From: Patescibacteria group bacterium
GTDB lineage: Bacteria > Patescibacteriota > Minisyncoccia > UBA6257 > 1-14-0-10-40-38
Assembly (NCBI GenBank): GCA_038064975.1
Contig: JBBTRX010000002.1
Location: 880 to 64,879, forward strand
Reading direction: 5' to 3'
Length of the DNA: 64,000 bases
The notes below the pieces were generated by a model. The model ran no database searches. It saw only the letters and a list, made by a program, of their open reading frames with translations, and was not told the origin of the DNA. Of the stretch, positions 63,785 to 64,000 are shown piece after piece (the first letter of the stretch is position 1; each line of letters opens with the position of its first letter). The position numbers and the translations under genes are program-made.

Positions 63785-64000
63785 CTACATCCCTTCCTTT
63801 TCAATAATTTCAAAAAGCGCTTCTCTACTATCGTTTTTCTGAATTTTATTCCTCCGCATTTCGCCACAGAGCACACAGGTGTGCGTAAGCGTTTCATGAT
63901 CGCGCTCCATTTCCACGTGCGTTGGTTTCATGAGCCCCCTACACACTTCTGCCCGATCACCGGGATTAATATCAACATGCTTACTCCACAAACATTTCGG
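63785..64000 (-). CDS. RNHCP domain protein (5' end outside window)
   Basis: WSKHVDINPGDRA..CRGLM..HTCVLCG. Confidence 0.8.
   Translation of the reverse strand, partial: PKCLWSKHVDINPGDRAEVCRGLMKPTHVEMERDHETLTHTCVLCGEMRRNKIQKNDSREALFEIIEKEGM

Overview
A 64 kb chromosomal segment of a small-genome bacterium, most likely Patescibacteria/CPR (Parcubacteria-like). The assignment is inferred from gene content and short or truncated core proteins. The window is mostly housekeeping genes: rpsB-tsf, secA, murB/murA, mreB-mreC-mreD-PBP2, proS, frr, the infA-rpmJ-rpsM-rpsK-rpsD-rpoA-rplQ-rplM-rpsI cluster, alaS, dnaG-rpoD, rpoBC-rpsF-ssb-rpsR, rodA and mltG. It also holds tRNA-Tyr, tRNA-Pro and a 23S-5S rRNA unit with no adjacent 16S, carrying an ORF-less group I intron at L2593. 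Points of note: (1) two apparent translation-initiation regimes, with core genes lacking Shine-Dalgarno (SD) motifs and often looking leaderless, while scattered orphan genes are self-contained units with near-consensus sigma70 promoters, GGAG SD motifs (two share an identical 17-nt leader) and their own terminators; (2) a candidate ~110-nt RNA with a perfect complement of the canonical 16S 3' tail; (3) a probable remote DGR target gene; (4) five long palindromic MITE/RPE-like intergenic elements; (5) reduced or fused core proteins, including RpoA without its CTD, UDG without Fe-S cysteines and an AcyP-UppS fusion. All product calls come from motif recognition, not database searches.
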